From Acidimicrobiia bacterium (GTDB lineage Bacteria; Actinomycetota; Acidimicrobiia; Spongiisociales; ZC4RG35), in the NCBI GenBank assembly GCA_965203555.1, contig CBDBCY010000001.1:28427-92426 (forward strand): a stretch of DNA of 64,000 nt, written 5' to 3'. Below, in pieces: positions 60,500 through 64,000 of this stretch. The position numbers were made by a program, and so were the translations under genes. Each line of letters begins with the position of its first letter. The stretch's first letter is position 1. Under the pieces are notes generated by a model. The model worked only from the letters and a program-made list of their open reading frames with translations, searched no databases and was not told the origin of the DNA.

Positions 60500-61249
60500 A
60501 AAGGCATCCCCAAGCTCTCCGAGAGTTTTAGGCTAGCAGCCCAAAGCCCCGCCATGCTCTTGGGATATACGCCTTCGGACAGGAATTGTTGAGCCTAACC
60601 GCAATCCCTGCGGCTGTCCTGCATCAAGAAGCCAACATGATCTTCAAACATCCAAGCGCCTCCCTTCTCTCCCGACGAAGCAGTGGAAGTCGTCGTCGCG
60701 GGAGTGCGGAGCGTACGGTTTGTCTTCATGACGGACAGGGATCTGGGTCTCCTCTAGCCTTCCTTAGGAGGCGGGGGAAAGACCTGGTCAAGTGGCTGCC
60801 GCCCGTAGAATTCCGCCGAGAGGCAAGTAAGCATATCGGGAGCGGCAATTATTGCTAACGTCCGCTACACGTTTGTCCTTGTCAGGACAAAACAGGGGCC
60901 AGATCTCAAGCGCACCGGAGAGGGCCAATCAGCGGTGACGCGGGGGAGCCGACCGACCTTCGTGATCGGCGCCTCCCATGTCGTGTACCCAACGGGGCGA
61001 TGGACGCCGGCGCTCCCTCTGCGGGACCATCCCCCGAAGCCCGCGCCCGCTCGGTCCGCGCTACTCGTTCACATGCCAAGCTGTGGGAACCAGGGTTGAC
61101 TTGCTAATTTGGGGAAAATGGGTACTTCCCGACCCGTTTTCCCAGCCCAAGGTTGATGCCGAGTCGTTGACGATCAGCAAGTCTTGGGTGGTGAAGACCG
61201 GATGGTGGTTGCCTGCCCATCTTCCTGCCGGGGTGGAAACTCCCGGCTT

Positions 61250-61697
61250 CGGTAACATCACGATCTGTGAATGTGAGATCAGCACTGAAGACGGTCTGCT
61301 CGAAAAAGAAGGTTGTGCTGTTACCGTGGAGAATCTCGTCATTGCGCTGGACTGCGACGAATGCGAAGCCTTCACCGAGAATGACACCAGACCGGACATT
61401 ATCTCAGTTCGAGAGTGCGAGCACCGTTATCAATGGCTCATCATAGAGATGAAGAGCACCATGCGACCACGGGCAGCCGACCAGGCCCGGGCAGCACTTG
61501 AACGACTGGGATGCGATCCCATGTTCGGGGTTGATTTGGACGACGCCCACGTCATATTCGTTATCAAGAACAGACGCAAGGCGGACAATACCCTGATGCG
61601 GGAGATCGGCGCCATCGAAGTCGGCCAATGGCGTGTCGTGCCCCGCCTTCACAAGTCGGGAAGTATCGTCCGATGCAAGCAGGGCCCACATTCCTAG
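61250..61697 (+). CDS. Hypothetical PD-(D/E)xK-like protein (start uncertain)
   Basis: RPDII...LIIEMKS...A.DQ. Confidence 0.45.
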
Positions 61698-61832
61698 ATC
61701 GCGGTTACCGCGCCGGGGGCGGATGTCCGCGTCCCGACCGGGAAACGGTGGGATTGGTTCCATGTTGTGATGAAATCCATCCGAGTCTGTGACTTTCAGG
61801 TTTCAGCGATGTCTCGACTCGGGTTTAAAAGG

Positions 61833-61862
61833 GTAGGAGGCCCCTTTGGGGGGGCCTCCTAC
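61833..61862 (-). terminator. Terminator hairpin after S-layer copy C
   Basis: Identical to 53161..53190; flanking 3' region shared with copy B (about 53122..53213 vs 61795..61885). Confidence 0.85.
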
Positions 61863-61885
61863 TGGTTGTTGGGGGGTGGGTTGGT

Positions 61886-64000
61886 TTACGCGACGGATGC
61901 GGGGGTTTCCACCTCGAAGATGCTTTGGCCGTCGTCGTCGTAGAGCACCACTTGCACGGTGGCTTCGGTCTTTGTTTCACCTTCGCCTGCCGTGAGTCCC
62001 ACGCCGATCAGTTCCTCGAACTTGGCCATGTCGACCACCTTGCCAGCGTTGAGGAACTTGTCGTTCGAGTCGTAGGTGTACAGGTCACCGCCGATCCGGA
62101 ACCGGTTGTCGTCGCCGTACACCGCGTCGAGTACGACGCCGTCCGCGGTGCTGTCATCGTCCGCGTGGTTGACAGGCGTCACGGTCACATCGGCGGCGTC
62201 GGGAGCGCCGGAGACGGCCGTGCCGGCGGCGTCGTTGATCGCTCCGTAGTCGATGGTGATGTCGTCGCCTGCCGTGGTGGGTGTCACCGAGGCACGGTGG
62301 CTGGCCATGCCCCTGCTGTTGATCACCCTGGTCGAAGCGGTACCCGCCGGAGTGGTACCGGCCGAACCGATAGTGATATCGATCCGGTTACCGGCGCCGA
62401 TCGGGTTGCCGTACTGGTCGTAGACGCTTACCGTGGCCCGGATGCTCACCTTGCCACCGTCGATGATCACATACTTGGGTGCCGATCCCATAGCAGACGC
62501 ACCATCCGCGCCCACGATCGTCGGGTCGGCGTCGCTCCACACAATCTCATAGACCTCGGTCTCGCCACTGGCGGCGTCACCGGTCGTGCCGTTCCCGTCC
62601 ACGTCGGACGTGAAGGTCAGCTCGTCGGTGCGGCCCGTGTCGGTGTTGCCCTTGGTGGACTTGGGACCGGTCACCGTGTAGGTGGCCATACCCATGTCAT
62701 CGGTGGTCAACGTCGCGATGTTGGGATTCACGAACTCGTCCGTGTTGTCGGAATCGTCGTCCTTGTTCAGACCAACCTGGATCTTCACACCCGACTTGGC
62801 GACCTTCTTGCCGTCACCGTCCGCAAGTTGCACCGTCACCGTGACGCTGTTGTCAGCGTCCAGGTCCACCGTGTTATCACCGTCGGAGTTCTTGCTGATG
62901 TCAGACGAAGCCACCAACTGGGTGGCGTCCTTGGTCGAGGACAACGTGACCATCGCATGATCGGACGTATCAGCATCGAACTTGTCGCCGTTCTTAGCGC
63001 CCATCCACGCATAGTACGTGTTCTTCATACCGTCCATCACGTCACCGGTCTCATACAGGTTGCCGTGCATGTCGGTCAGAGCCTCGGCATCGCTCCAAGA
63101 ACAATCATCCGCCATCTCGCAGGTGCCGTCCTCGGTGAGCGCGTCCCCGGTGATATCAGCAATGTTGAACACCTTGATCGACTTATCCGCCATCGGCATG
63201 AAATCATCACTCCGATAGGAAACCGCGATCGTGGTCTCGAACGTGTCGAAGTCCCAGGTCTTGGCCGCCTGGATACTGATCCCGGCCGGGCGGGCGTTGG
63301 AATGATCCAACACACCAGCCATGAAACCGGCCATCGACGCACGAGTGATCAAAGCCGACGGACCATAAGCCGTGTCCGAGATACCCGAAGCAACACCCAA
63401 CTCGTACAAGTTGGTGATCGCGTCATAAGTGGTCTTGGTCACATTCCCCAAATCCGTGTAAGGAGAACCGATCTTCTTCGTCTCATCCATATCGGCAGTG
63501 GAATCATCGTCCTCTACCGGTACCACCTTGGACGGGGTATACCCGTACGGCGTCTTCCCGTCCATCATCGGGGTCATCTTGTCCATCAACCGAGAGATGA
63601 ACAACGCCATCTGACCACGAGTCACACTGTCCGCAGGCGAATACGTCGTAGCAGAAGTACCCATCGTGATACCCAGATCAGCCAACTGATTGATCGCGGT
63701 CTGCGACTCCATCGACAAGTCACCGACATCGGTGAAACCAGCATCATCCGGATCCGACACCACATCGATGCCCACCAGACCGGCCAAACGGGTCAAAAAC
63801 AGGGCCATGTGCTCACGGGTCACCGACATCAACGGCGAATACGTAGTAGCCGAGGTGCCCTTGGTGATCCCGTAGTAGGCGATGCAGTCGATATCACCAG
63901 CGTTGGCATGACTCATCGGAACATCCTCAAAGCCCGACGAAGGCGCCGTACCGCAGGCGTCGAAAGTCGCCTTGTAATCCGCCTTCGGATCATCAGCAGC
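61886..64000 (-). CDS. SLH-domain S-layer-like protein, copy C (5' end lies beyond the window)
   Basis: Open frame to the window edge; colinear with copy B. Confidence 0.88.
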   Translation of the reverse strand, partial: AADDPKADYKATFDACGTAPSSGFEDVPMSHANAGDIDCIAYYGITKGTSATTYSPLMSVTREHMALFLTRLAGLVGIDVVSDPDDAGFTDVGDLSMESQTAINQLADLGITMGTSATTYSPADSVTRGQMALFISRLMDKMTPMMDGKTPYGYTPSKVVPVEDDDSTADMDETKKIGSPYTDLGNVTKTTYDAITNLYELGVASGISDTAYGPSALITRASMAGFMAGVLDHSNARPAGISIQAAKTWDFDTFETTIAVSYRSDDFMPMADKSIKVFNIADITGDALTEDGTCEMADDCSWSDAEALTDMHGNLYETGDVMDGMKNTYYAWMGAKNGDKFDADTSDHAMVTLSSTKDATQLVASSDISKNSDGDNTVDLDADNSVTVTVQLADGDGKKVAKSGVKIQVGLNKDDDSDNTDEFVNPNIATLTTDDMGMATYTVTGPKSTKGNTDTGRTDELTFTSDVDGNGTTGDAASGETEVYEIVWSDADPTIVGADGASAMGSAPKYVIIDGGKVSIRATVSVYDQYGNPIGAGNRIDITIGSAGTTPAGTASTRVINSRGMASHRASVTPTTAGDDITIDYGAINDAAGTAVSGAPDAADVTVTPVNHADDDSTADGVVLDAVYGDDNRFRIGGDLYTYDSNDKFLNAGKVVDMAKFEELIGVGLTAGEGETKTEATVQVVLYDDDGQSIFEVETPASVA

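Noticed and set aside
47852-64000. Diversity-generating retroelement explaining S-layer variation
   Set aside because: No reverse transcriptase in the window, and the differences are not adenine-specific

Overview
High-GC actinobacterial-type DNA. The MSMEG_4193/DUF3090/SCO1664 trio, the Nif3-zinc ribbon-rnhA cluster and a DUF222-HNH gene suggest Actinomycetota, possibly Acidimicrobiia (inference). I found no rRNA, tRNA or CRISPR array. 1-20.8 kb: vapBC, a 5'-nucleotidase, three tandem 339-aa DMT/EamA-like paralogs, an SNF2 helicase, metabolic genes, a DUF222-HNH gene and a mannitol PTS operon. 20.8-30.2 kb: an accreted defence/junk island (McrBC, TA relics, an IS1595-type MITE with an 8-bp TSD, an IS1-family element, extra copies of the 5' end of the IMPase gene) separating mtlA/IIB/mtlF/mtlD from IMPase-SAF dehydrogenase-ptsI-ptsH. 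30.3-42.3 kb: mostly housekeeping. 43.2 kb: a candidate type I toxin peptide. The standout is 47.8-64 kb: three SLH-domain S-layer-like paralogs with near-identical 5' halves, mosaic or divergent 3' halves and the same terminator. One + copy with a promoter-like -10 element faces two - copies, and a Cre-like tyrosine recombinase lies between the convergent pair. This is a candidate inversion-driven S-layer antigenic-variation locus. All calls are by eye from sequence and motifs; no searches were run.
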